The position numbers and the translations under genes are program-made. A DNA stretch of 64,000 nt from Perna viridis. Taxonomy: Eukaryota. The DNA is taken from the NCBI GenBank assembly GCA_037379345.1, contig CM074511.1, positions 14,322,001 through 14,386,000 on the forward strand. The letters are read 5' to 3'. Each line of letters begins with the position of its first letter. Position 1 is the first letter of the stretch. Shown here in pieces: positions 26,585 through 37,680 of the stretch. The notes below the pieces were generated by a model. It was not told the origin of the DNA. It ran no database searches and was given only the letters and a program-made list of their open reading frames with translations.

Positions 26585-28978
26585 TTGGTTACGATGGACA
26601 CGTATCCTGTAAAGGAGGATCAACGGTTAACAGACAGAGTTATGACGACTAATTCTACCCTAACTGACTTTCATTATGAAAACCTTGTCAATAATAACAA
26701 TGTTCTTCTTGAACAGTGTTTACACTTCTTAGTCTTAAACGTTTGTGGTGTTAAGAATAGAATTTTATACCCTGAGTTTAGAGATCTTCTAAACGAAAAT
26801 GACATTATTTGTTTAGCAGAATCTAAATTAGATGACTTGGATGTTATAAATTTAGATAATTTTGCATTTTTCTACAAAAATAGAAAAACCTGTTCGAATC
26901 ATAAATCTGGTGGTATAATTGTTGGTTGTAAAAAGGAGTTTGAAAAACATATAGTTCCGATCGAGACAAACTGCCCATACATTTATTGGTTCAAGCTGAA
27001 TAAAATCTTGTAAATTTGCCTAATGATGTGTGTGGATTAGTTTACATTCCACCTGAAAATTCTCGATATGCATCAAATGATGAATTTAATGAGATTGAAT
27101 TAGAATTTCAAATTTTACAAAAGGATTTTTCAAACATTTTTCTTTTTGGCGATTTTAATAATAGAACTGGTAATTTGCCAGACTATTACATTTCTAGAGA
27201 GACAGAAAATAATAATTTTGATTATGAATTTTCTTTTTGTGCACAGTTTTCTGATATACAGGAAGTAGACATTTTGAATATCCTAAGAGATAGAATTTCA
27301 GTAGACAAAATTATAAATAACTATGGAAGGAAATTTTTATCATTTTGTAAAAACAACAATGTGTTTATATTAAATGGGCGAATAGCTGGTGATAGAAATG
27401 GTAAAGCAACGAGCAGAAATACAAGTGTTGTTGATTATACGTTATGTACTGCAAATATAATGCACAGGGTAAATAATTTTGAGGTGATTGATTTTAGTCT
27501 CTATTCAGATATATATTCTACTTTACATTTAGTTGTTGATATTCATAAACATCATGACTTGAACGAGAGTTATGAAGAAATGCAAACTTCTTATTCTGAC
27601 AAAATAGGTCACTGGGACCAAAACAGATTAAACGAATATAAAAATAATATTCATCTTAACGGAGTTGAAGAGCTACAATTATATACTAATATCTTATCAA
27701 AAACTGATGATCTACAAAGTGTTGATGAGAATTGTATGAATAATATTGTGCTTGAAATAACAGATGTTTTGCTTTATTCGGCAAAACAAACATTTGGTGT
27801 TCGGCGGAAAAACAAATGTCGTGAAAAATAATCCTGATAAAAATCAAACCAAAGATTGGTTTGACAAGGATTGTTATAGAAAGAGAAAAGATTTTCGAAA
27901 AGCGCGAAGATTGTACAAACGTTATGGTTCTAATATTTTTAAATAACGCCTAAAGGCTACTGAAAACATCTATAAGAAAACTTTAAATAATAGTATTAAG
28001 AATTATAAGTTTGAACTGAAGAAAAAGATGAAAATCTTTGAAAACTAATAATCCTCGTGAATACTGGAAAGTCCTGAATAGGGATAGACCAGTGCACAGT
28101 AATGATATAGAAATCGATACTTTATTTGATTATTTTAAGGAGGTAAATAAGAATTATGAAGATATACCAAATGTAATTCATCCTGGCGATTTTATTGTAA
28201 ATGCTGAGCTGAACAAAGCGATTACTAAGGAGGAAGTTATTAGAGCTATCAAAAATGCTAAAAAAAAACAAGTCTCCAGCAGATGATTTTGTAATAAATG
28301 AATATTTATGTGCTACTGTTGATGTTAGGTCTGGTGTATATGTGAATGTATTTAATATTATACATGTACTTGATACAGGAATAATGCCAGAAGCATGGCT
28401 AAATGGTAACATTATTCCACTTTTAAAAACAGAGGTAGTAAAACTGAACCTAAGAATTATAGACCTATTACACTTTTATCAAATCTTGGAAAAATCTTTG
28501 AACAGTGGCATTTACTTGTCAATGTCGACAAAACAAAAATACCTATATTTTCACCTCCATTTTACTCTAAATGGTAAAGAAGTTGAGATTGTAAAAGATT
28601 ACAAATATCTTGGTTTATATTTCGCTAAAAGTGGGTCCTTTTCAACAACCCGAAAATATCTATACCAAAAAGGTTTGAAAGCGATGTATGGTGTATTGAG
28701 AAAATGTAGACGAAACAAGCTATCTATAGATTGTCAACTAGACATTTTTGATAAACGCGTTGTTCCTATATTACTATATGGCTCTGAGATTTGGGCATTT
28801 GAAAACATGGACATTTTAGAGCGTTTACATTTAAAATTTTGCAAAAATATTTTACATTTAAAACAGTCTACTCCAGACTATATTGTATATGCCGAGCCGT
28901 TTTAGAAAAATTAAGCAGATTTGTAAAGTTGATAAATATGAAAGTCAGTCCTTCGGGTTAATCTTCCAAATTTATTAT
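26585..28978 (+). mobile_element. CR1/L2-group LINE ORF2 (AP endonuclease plus internally deleted RT), degenerate; 3' end continues at 39345-39454
   Basis: APE motifs LNVCG, ICLAESKL, SGGI, VYIPP, GDFNNRTG, SVVDY. RT flanks KSPADD, IIPL, YKYLG, PILLYGSEIW, ERLHLKFCK. The YADD core is missing (deletion near 28500). Confidence 0.9.
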
Positions 28979-29112
28979 AGTAGTTTCAAAAGGCCGATTC
29001 TGCTGCACTTACCATTTTCAAGGGGAAATCCTGCATAAGACCCCTGACCCAGAGGGCCAAATGCAAACGGACGGCATTCCTATTGAGCATAGGGTAAATA
29101 CAAGAATTATGT
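28979..29112 (+). repeat. Left terminal inverted repeat of the Polinton
   Basis: AGTAGTTTCAAAAGGCCGATT...GGGTAAATACAAGAATTATGT is the reverse complement of 39212-39344, with a divergent central patch. Confidence 0.95.
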
Positions 29113-32100
29113 CTTTCGTACAGAGCATAAGTCAGATCGTCCCAGAGGATAGTAGGGATGTGGATAAGGACACCTTAAAGCGAAGGATGTCACAGATTGA
29201 AATAAATAAAAGGATGGAATCTATTAGTGATAAGATGGGTCGCTATCAGGATTTCTTCCTGGAGAATGAGCAATATTTGGAAGATAGCACCCCAGCCCCA
29301 ACCCCCAAAAGGCAGCAGCAGTGCTGCAATGCCCCCAACCTGACGCAGGTGGATGAACACACCACGCAGTGTCAAAATTGTGGTGCAGAGGTAATGAAGC
29401 TGCGATTTGAGCATCAACCAGGGGAGCAGAAGACCACCTGCGGCGTTGAACTCAAGAGGAAGAAGGGGCAGTTCTGCAAGAGCAAGCCCGGGAAGGATGG
29501 TCTCTGCTGGAGACATAGCAGGCAACCACGTCAGGAGGAGGAGGAGGAGGTTATCCCAGTCGAGGTCGAGGGTAAGATGGTGGTGGAAGAGACCATGAAG
29601 ACCCTCCGTCAAATAGCTAAGGACGAGGATCTGAGGGGGGTCAGTAGGAAGAACAAGGAGGCCTTGGTGAAGCTCATCGAGGAGAAAACCACCCGTAGAT
29701 TTACCCGCCAGGAAGTCTTCAGCAAGAAGCAGCTCAAAGCACTGGCAAAGAATCGTGGCCTCACCAAGTACTCCCAGCTCAAGAGAGAGGATCTGCTCCG
29801 GCTGGTGGAAGAGGACATCAAAAACACCCCAGTCGAGGATGAGATCAAGGTCATCGATAGGCGTCAAGCACTGAATTGCGTATTTGGCACGGTCGTCATC
29901 GAACCCGCACCCGCGAAGCAGCACGACTTGAGCACTTTTCTGAAGGTAAGTCGGAGCATCATCACCACCATCATCTCCGATGCGCTTGCCCAAAAGAAGG
30001 GATTGAAGGTGAACTTAGTACTTCTAGCATAGCCGGTGAGGACCAATCCCGCGACTGGAAAAAATACGTACGTCACCCCCTACTTTCGATCATCTCTTGC
30101 TACCCTCACCCAGAACTGGAGATCGCTTTCATGATCGCGAAGGTCAAGGAAAGTATGGCAAGATACATGCGGGAAGGGAGTGGGTGGACTTTCAGCCGCG
30201 TCGAGAGGCTAGAAATCCACCTCAACCAATTCAAGCCGTTCAAGGGGGGTTCCTTCATTCCGACTCCATCAGCACTCGCGAAAAAGAATGCGATCGTCAA
30301 CGTGAAAAATGAGGATGATCGCTGCTTCCAGTGGGCGGTGCTGGCAGCCCTACATCATGAAGAAGTCGATCAGAAATCAGCCAACCGCGTATCTCAGTAC
30401 AAGAAATGGGAGGATGAGCTGAATTTCGAAGGCATCAACTTCCCGGTCTCGCTCAAGGCGATTGATAAATTCGAGAGGCAGAATCCCACCATCAACGTCA
30501 ACGTCTATGGGTTTAATGGGGTGAAGAAGGGTGAGGATGGTGAAGAGGATCTCCAGGTTTACCCACTCAAGATATCCAAGAATACGGGTTCCACCCACGT
30601 AGATCTTCTCTTCCTGACTAGCGAAGATAAGCAGCATTACTGCTGGATCAAGAGCCTCTCACGACTCTTAAGCTCCTAAATCTCAGAGCATGGTCACGAG
30701 CTCTTCTTCTGCCGCAGATGCCTCTCCCACTTTTCCAGGCAAGACATCTTGGACGAGCACATGGAGTAATGCACCCAGAAAGAGGCGGTCAGAATCGAGA
30801 TGCCGGAAGAAGGAGCCACCATAACCTTCCATAATCTCAAGACGATGATGAGAGTCCCCTTCGCGATATACGCGGATTTCGAGTGCTTCACGGAGAAGCT
30901 CAACACCTGTCAGCCGGATCCATCACACTCCTACACGAAGGTCCATCAACTGCAGCGACCCTCGGGTTTCTGCTATTACATGAAATACGCTCACGGCGAC
31001 TACAAAGATCCAGTCGTCTACTGCGGGGAGGATGCAGCCAAGAAATTCGTGCAGTGCATCGAGGAGGAAGTGCGGGCAATCGGTAAGCTATACAAGGAGA
31101 GTAAGCCCATGGAGATGACCGACAACGATAAGGCGAGCTTCGAAGCAAGCACGCACTGCCACATCTGTGGCGATGCATTGAGAGGGGATAAGGTCCGGGA
31201 TCACGACCATCTCACCGGGAAATATCGCGGCGCAGCGCACAACCAGTGCAATCTAGATTTCCAGCTTCCGAAGCACGTCCCCATCTTTTTCCACAATTTG
31301 AGCGGATACGACGCCCATATCTTGGTCAAGGAGCTTGGCCACACCGAGGGTAAGATCAACTGCATCCCTAATACCGACGAGAAGTATATCAGCTTCTCCA
31401 AGCAGGTGGACGATCTGGAGATGAGATTCGTCGATTCGTGCAGGTTTATGCTCTACAGCCTGGATACCCTAGCTAAGAATCTCACTCCCGACCAATTCTC
31501 GACCGTGAAGGCGAGATTCGGGGATCGCCACGAGCTAATGATTCGGAAGGGGGTATTTCCCTACGATTATATGGATGGACCGGCCAAGCTGGAAGAGACT
31601 CAGCTCCCAACCAAAGAAGCCTTCAGCACGCTCTCCGGAGAGCATATCAGTGATGAGGATTACGCACACGCTCAGAGGGTCTGGGAGACCTTCGGGTGCA
31701 AGAACCTACGCGATTATCACGACCTCTATCTCGAGACTGACGTGCTGCTGCTGACCGACATCTTTGAGGATTTCTGGGATATCTGCTTGACCCACTACGG
31801 ACTCGATCCCGCCCACTACTTCACATCCCCCGGGCTATCCTACGACGCCGCCCTCAAAACCACGGAGGTGAGATTGGAGCTGCTCTCCGATCCGGACATG
31901 TTGATGATGTTCGAGAGGGCAACCAGAGGGGTGTCGCCATGATCTCCCACCGCTACGGCAAGGCCAACAACCCCTACATGACCACGTACGACGCCTCCCA
32001 GCCCACCAAGTATCTGACCTACCTCGACGCCAACAATCTCTACGGGTGGGCAATGGCGCAGTCCCTTCCCACGGGAGACTTCGAGTGGATGGAGCCGGAG

Positions 32101-33206
32101 GAGATCGAGAAGATCCTGGAATATCCCGACGACCACGAGTACGGGCCATGGTGGAATGCGATCTGGAATATCCTCAAGATCTTCACGACGCCCAAAAAGA
32201 CTACCCTCTCGCGCCCGAGAACGTGGAGATCGGTAAAGTGCACAAGCTCGTGCCTCACCTGGGCAAGCGTGAGAAATATACCCTTCACTATCGAAATCTC
32301 AAGATGTATCTGGAGAGGGGGATGAAGCTCACCAAAGTCCATCGCATCATCGGATTCAACCAATCTCCATGGCTCAAGAAATACATCGATCTGAATACCA
32401 CTCTTCGCGCTCGGGCCAAGACCGACTCCGAGAAGGACTTCTTCAAGCTCATGAATAATTCGGTCTTCGGCAAGACCATGGAGAATATCCGGAAACGCGT
32501 CGACGTCAGGCTGGTCACCACCGAGAAGCAGGCCCTGAAGCTAGTGGCCAAGCCCAACTTCGATCGTCGCGTCGTCTTCACCGAGAATCTAGCAGCCGTT
32601 CATATGAAGAAGACCAAGCTGAAGTTCGATAAGCCCGTCTACCTGGGAGCGTGCATATTGGACATCTCGAAGTTCCTTATGTACGACTTCCACTACGGAT
32701 TCGTGAAGGAGATGTACGATGATCGTGCCCGACTACTTTTCACCGACACCGATAGCTTGGCTTACGAGATCCAGACCGCCGACTTCTACAAGGATATCAC
32801 ACCGCACGTGCAGGAAAAATTCGATACGTCCAACTACCCGACCGAGCATCCCTCCGACATCCCCACCGGCGTGAATAAGAAGGTCGTCGGGATGTTCAAG
32901 GACGAATGCGGCGGTAAGATCATGGCCGAATTCGTGGGGCTCCGGGCGAAGCTATACGCCTTCAAGATGGATGACGGTCAGACCACCGAGAAGGCGAAGG
33001 GAGTCACCAAGAGCGTCGAGGATTACAAGCGATGCCTTGAGACTCAGCAGGAGATCCACCGACCGATGAGCATCCTTCGCAGCCATCTCCATCAGATCTA
33101 CGCCGAGATCAAGATCGCTCTCTCAGCCAAGGACAATAAGCGTCACATCCTCCCCGACGGTATCAGCACCCTCGCGCATGGTCACTACCGAATCTCCCGC
33201 GACTGA
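29109..33206 (+). pseudogene. pPolB: Protein-primed family B DNA polymerase with Zn-ribbon/CCCH/Rho-N-like N-terminus, terminal-protein region, OTU-like domain, C2H2 finger and Endo VII (HNH) insertion
   Basis: Motifs EGSGW, NEDDRCFQWAV...HYCWIK (OTU-like), IYADFE, CHIC..VRDHDH..G.YRGAAHNQCN, FHNLSGYD, YLDANNLYGWAM, KLMNNSVFGKT, FTDTDS, GMFKDE. Split by stops (30030, 30677, ~30767) and frameshifts (~30060, ~31935, ~32147). Confidence 0.95.
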
Positions 33207-33337
33207 GGCGACCATCCCCAACCCATCCCCCTCCACTCAGAATTTCTCGAGGCCCATGAGCCTCGGGAAAAATCTGCACTTGTCAGGCTCTGACGGGTGC
33301 GGGACTTCGTCGGCTTCGCCTGTCCATCCATAGATAA

Positions 33338-33750
33338 ATGAGCAGCATACGAGTGCACGGTATCCCTCCCCCCACAAGCCCCTCTCCAACGTAGAGCTGG
33401 AAGAAGCTGCCACGGCCCTAGGCATCCCTCGATTCAGAGGAATATTCATGCGCGATGCCCTACCACCCAACCCCCATCCCACCGAGTGCGGCATCCTGAA
33501 TCACGACGATCGTCATGGTCAGGGCACGCACTGGACATGCTGGCATAAGCGCGGAGGATTCAAAGTCTACTTCGACCCTTACGGCCTACCTCCACCCGAC
33601 GAGATGGTCGACTATCTGCGGCCGGAAATTCGATATAATACCGATGAGCTCCAGCGGCGTGGCGATGTGGTCTGCGGACACTTTTGCCTGCACGTACTGA
33701 AGCTCTTATCGGAAGGTCGGACGCTTGAGGAGGTGATCTTCGGATTATAG
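33338..33750 (+). pseudogene. Adenain-like cysteine maturation protease (frameshift near the N-terminus)
   Basis: GTHW, YFDPYG and LQ....CGHFC catalytic motifs. ATG at 33338 sits in the ATAGATAAATG motif but is out of frame with 33448. Confidence 0.9.
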
Positions 33751-33754
33751 ATAA

Positions 33755-34195
33755 ATGGATAAGTTTGGATCTCACTCGAGAAAGCGCATGCCCGTCTGGC
33801 GGATGCTTCAGGATCTCGATATGAGAGATCATCGGATCACCAGCCTCGGTTTGCCCCGAGACAGCTCGGACGCCGTGACGAAGCGATGGGTCGGTCAACA
33901 ATTGAAAGACAGCATGAAAGACATCGACGAGCTAGATTCGGAGATTAAGCAGATGCAAAAGGAGCATGACGCATCGATCAAAGACCTGGCCAAAGAGCTG
34001 ATGGCCGTAGAAGATGGCAAAGTCAATAAGTCAGACAGCGGCAAGGTAAATTCGGATCTAGACATGCAAAAGTATCACCTGCTAAATCTCCCACTCCCCC
34101 GGACTGATAACGAGCCCATCACAAAAGCACTTTACGACCGCTTGAAAGAGGATCTAGACGCATTAAGGCTCTTCGTCGAACTGAAGCATGCGTAA
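33755..34195 (+). CDS. Fibre/spike-like protein with two DM..(R)I..L..P....DA.TK repeats flanking a coiled coil
   Basis: DLDMRDHRITSLGLPRDSSDAVTKRWV and DLDMQKYHLLNLPLPRTDNEPITKALY resemble the neck/stalk repeats of trimeric fibres and adhesins. Confidence 0.6.
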   Translation: MDKFGSHSRKRMPVWRMLQDLDMRDHRITSLGLPRDSSDAVTKRWVGQQLKDSMKDIDELDSEIKQMQKEHDASIKDLAKELMAVEDGKVNKSDSGKVNSDLDMQKYHLLNLPLPRTDNEPITKALYDRLKEDLDALRLFVELKHA

Positions 34196-34245
34196 ATCAA
34201 GACTTTCTGGTCTCCTTTGATCGAATACGGAAAGCCTGCTGGGGA

Positions 34246-35150
34246 TCATTGCAAGTCAGACTCCTTGATCCAGGAATTGAATTCTTTGGGGTAGCCTCTC
34301 CACTTGACGTAGATTTCCTTCGTCCCTCCTCGGGTCCGCCGGCGAAAGATTTTCTGGTCGGTGTGCTGGAGCTCGGGCTCATAAAAGGATCCCTTGATTT
34401 CCTCACCCTCATAGTCTTTGAGACGATAGGTGGGCGGCTGTGTCGCTAGGGTCTGGGTGATGGTGAAGATTTCCTCCGTCCAGCGCGGAGTATATCCCTT
34501 CTCGAAGATGTCCTTCTTCCTGGTGATCCGGACCTTATCGCCGACGTTGAATCGCTGAGGCTGATGAGTGGGAGGTCTCCGTAGAGATTCCAGAAGACCT
34601 TGGACTCGTGCTCTTTCTGGCTGGCGGCGGTAGGGGTCATCTTGATGGATCGATGCTTGGTGGTATTATACTGGCGGACGAGATCGTCCAGGACGGGAAG
34701 GTAGGTCCGCGTGGAATTGGCCGAGAATTATTTGAACATCTTTTCCTTCATGGTACGATTCCAGCGCTCGACCACGCTCGATTTTTCCTCGTTCTCGGTG
34801 GAGTAGAGATCGACGTCGTGCTTCCGGAGCAGATCCTTCACCTCACGATTGTAAAATTCCGTGCCCTTATCGGTCCATAGATTCTCAGGCGTGCGGTCCT
34901 TGAAGACGGTCCGGAAGGCATCTCCTTCTCGTGGCGCCTTTCTTATCCTTAAGCGGTACCACCCAGCTGTACTTTGAAAAGACGTCGATGATGCTCAGGA
35001 GATTCTTGAAGCCTCGGTTATCGCGGGAGAAGGCGCTCATATCCACGAAATCGGCAGCCCAGGTCTCATCCACCCCACCTACCACCACGCGACGCTTCTA
35101 AAATTTGCGTCGGACTGGCTTATGCAGCTCTTCGGCTAGCTCGTCCGACC
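34246..35150 (-). pseudogene. Retroviral-like (rve) DDE integrase with C-terminal chromodomain
   Basis: WSDELAEELHKP, WAADFVDM (D), IDVFSKY, WTDKGTEF (D), SVVERWNRT (E), KGYTPRWTEE, YVKWRGYPKEFNSWI. Stop TGA at 34246-34248. Several disruptions. Confidence 0.93.
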
Positions 35151-35638
35151 ATTGTACTTTTTTTTTCACGCCCAGCCCAAATCGTGCTTTGGTGCCGAGG
35201 ATGGGTCTTACGATGCCACGCTCGAGGCGCTCGCGTGCGGTGGGATTGGGGATCACATCAAGGGAGGCTAGCATCGTCTTATCGCAGATCTAATTGCGTG
35301 CGGTCGTATCCTTATGCTTGGCATAGCATAGATCGTGACGATAGACAGCCTGATCCACTCGATTGATTGGCATTGACCGAGGTTTGGGAGTACCATTTGC
35401 ACTTTTTGAGGTTGGTCCCGGGGCCGGTGAAATTATGCCCAGGAAGATGCATCTCCACGGGCATCCGATTGATCATTTTATTCATGAGTCCGGCGCCGGA
35501 AGCAGCCACGAACTGAGACTTCCTAGCCCCGCATACGGCGCATAGCCCACCCCTTCGCCGCCTCCCATTGCTGGTGGTGGTCTCATAGCGACTTTATGTC
35601 TCGGTCGGCCGCTTGCACTTCAAGCAATACAGTCCCAT
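35151..35638 (-). pseudogene. Zn-ribbon plus parvovirus VP1-type phospholipase A2 domain, running in frame into the integrase
   Basis: MGLYCLKCKR...NGR....GLCAVCGARKSQF; MHLPGHNFTGPGT (Ca-loop); PINRVDQAVYRHDLCY (catalytic HD..Y); ends KARFGLGVKKK. Confidence 0.85.
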
Positions 35639-35651
35639 TTTATATAGATAA

Positions 35652-36040
35652 ATGGACGTTGAAGACCTTACCTACGATGAGCCCACCGCGAGTCGTCGGC
35701 ATAACCACTTTCTCCTCCCGCAGCGATCCATCCGAGGTCTGATCATCGGAAAGTCGGACTGCGGCAAGACGACGCTGCTGAATAACCTCCTCCTGCGCGA
35801 TGGATGGCTCGACTACGATCGCCTCTACGTCTTCGGAAAATCTATCAGCTGCTCTGGCAGGCGCTGGGAAAGGGGTTTTCAAAAGACGATATCCGCGACC
35901 TTCTCTCCATCAAGGATCGCTACCCCCACTCTTTGGTCGACTTGGTGCAGATGATGAAGCCGCCGACCAAGCCTAGCGGTATCGAACCTTTCTTCTTTGA
36001 GCAAGCGAGCGATGTGCCGGATTCTCGAAAGCTCGATCCC
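35652..36040 (+). pseudogene. A32/FtsK-like packaging ATPase, N-terminal half only
   Basis: RGLIIGKSDCGKTTLLNNLL (Walker A). Sequence ends at DVPDSRKLDPK, before Walker B. Confidence 0.85.
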
Positions 36041-37185
36041 AAGATCTCTTCCTCCACCCCGCCGAAAGCTATCTCTTGATCGAAGGCCGACTTCAGAAGA
36101 ACGATGGCACCGCGTATGCCGACGGTGATCTGGTATCGCTCGCCCATAATGGTGCCATGTATCTCTTTCGCAGCATCAGCTACCGACTTTCCGGGCAGCA
36201 GATTGAGCACCTCAACGATCCCGGCGTTGCCACCACCATGCTGGGTATGCTGAAGTACCCCGACGACTTTTTTCAAATACCAAGGCCTCAACCAGCTATG
36301 GTTCAAGGATTTCACCACCAATGCCGAGGCAGAAAACGTCGGATTCGCAGCACGTCACGGATATATCATCACCAAGCCAGCCAATAAGGGATTCTTTTCT
36401 TTCGCCATCCCGCTCAAGCACGTCTTTGGCTTTGCCGAGGACTACGATAAGATCGTCTACGGATTCAAGCACGAGCTCTCCCTGGTGCGCGATTCGGATG
36501 CAAATGCCATCCTCCGAGCTGCTGTCGTCAACGACGTGGCCAAGATAATCCTGAGCAAGGTCTCCTGGTTCGTCCCCACGTCATCCCTTCTGACGAAAAG
36601 AAGCTGCGGCTCTATAAGACCATCCAGAGCAAGACCAAGATCGATTGCGGATTTCGTATGAGGCAGTGCGACTCCATCGCCGTACCCCAAACATCACAAT
36701 TCCACTGGCGTCTGGCCGCTAAAAGCGGACGTGAGAAACCGCGATGGATCATCGTCGCCTTCCAGACCGATAGGGGTAATAACCAGCTGAATAATGCCGC
36801 CGTCTTCGACCACTGTCGATTGCGAAATATCCACGCGACCCTCAATGCGGAGCGATATCCCGCCGTGGATTTCAATGCCGGCTTCACCCAGTGCAGGATT
36901 GCCAGGGTATATAAGGAGGCCACCGAATTCCGCAAGTTCTACAGCATGGAAAGTCTGCTGAGCAATGGTGGTATCAATCCCTCCGACTTCATCGATCTCT
37001 TTCCCCTTTTCGTCATCGACGTGAGCCATCAGTCTGAGCGGCTGAAAGAGTCGACGGTGGATATCCAGATCCGAGCCGATTTCGAGCGCAACGTCCCTGC
37101 CAATACCCAAGCCTTCGCCCTGGTCATCTCCGATCGAATCCTCCAATTCGAATCCAACGGTCAGAAGATGAGCGTCGTCTTCTGA
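36040..37185 (+). pseudogene. Double jelly-roll major capsid protein, N-terminally deleted and frameshifted
   Basis: DLFLHPAESYLLIEG, MYLFRSISY.L.GQQIE, FAIPLKHVFGFAEDYDK, EKPRWIIVAFQT, FDHC, ERYP, PLFVIDVSHQ are typical Polinton MCP segments. Confidence 0.88.
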
Positions 37186-37199
37186 GGAGGGATAGATAA

Positions 37200-37680
37200 A
37201 TGGACGCTTCACTTCGGCGGAAAATCGCCTCCAATACCGAACCCAAGCATGGGTTCTCCTTCATCATCTCTGGGAACGATAGCCAGATCTTGACCCGCTT
37301 CAATCCACCCCTCCAATTGCGCGAGGAGAAATCTTACGAGATGGCCCTAGTGAATCTGGAGATCTACTACTCCATCCCCAATATTCATGCAGGTTAAGGT
37401 CCTTCTCGATGCCAATCGTGCGACGCTGAGAGCAACCCTCACCCTCGCCAGAAATTATCGAGTGGATTTCGACGTGTCCAATAGCATCAGTACAGTGCTT
37501 GGATTCGAGCGCCGGACGTATACCTACGACCGAAGCACCAACGGCTACGCGGAGGGTGAGAATATCGTCAATACCATCAGCATCAATAGCATCCTGGTGA
37601 ATAGTGATATCATCCACGGAAGCTACGTCAACGGCACGCAGCAGTCCACCATCTATAGCTTCTTTCCCGCTGTCGATCCG
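37200..37680 (+). pseudogene. Minor capsid (penton) protein, internally and C-terminally deleted
   Basis: FNPPLQL....YEMALVNL..YYSIPNI; VLGF; INSILVNSDII.GSYVNG....IYSFFP. Confidence 0.85.

Noticed and set aside
29061-29108. Upstream ATG given by the ORF track for the first Polinton ORF
   Set aside because: Lies deep within the TIR; ATG 29109 at the TIR boundary, mirrored at the right end, is the more plausible start.
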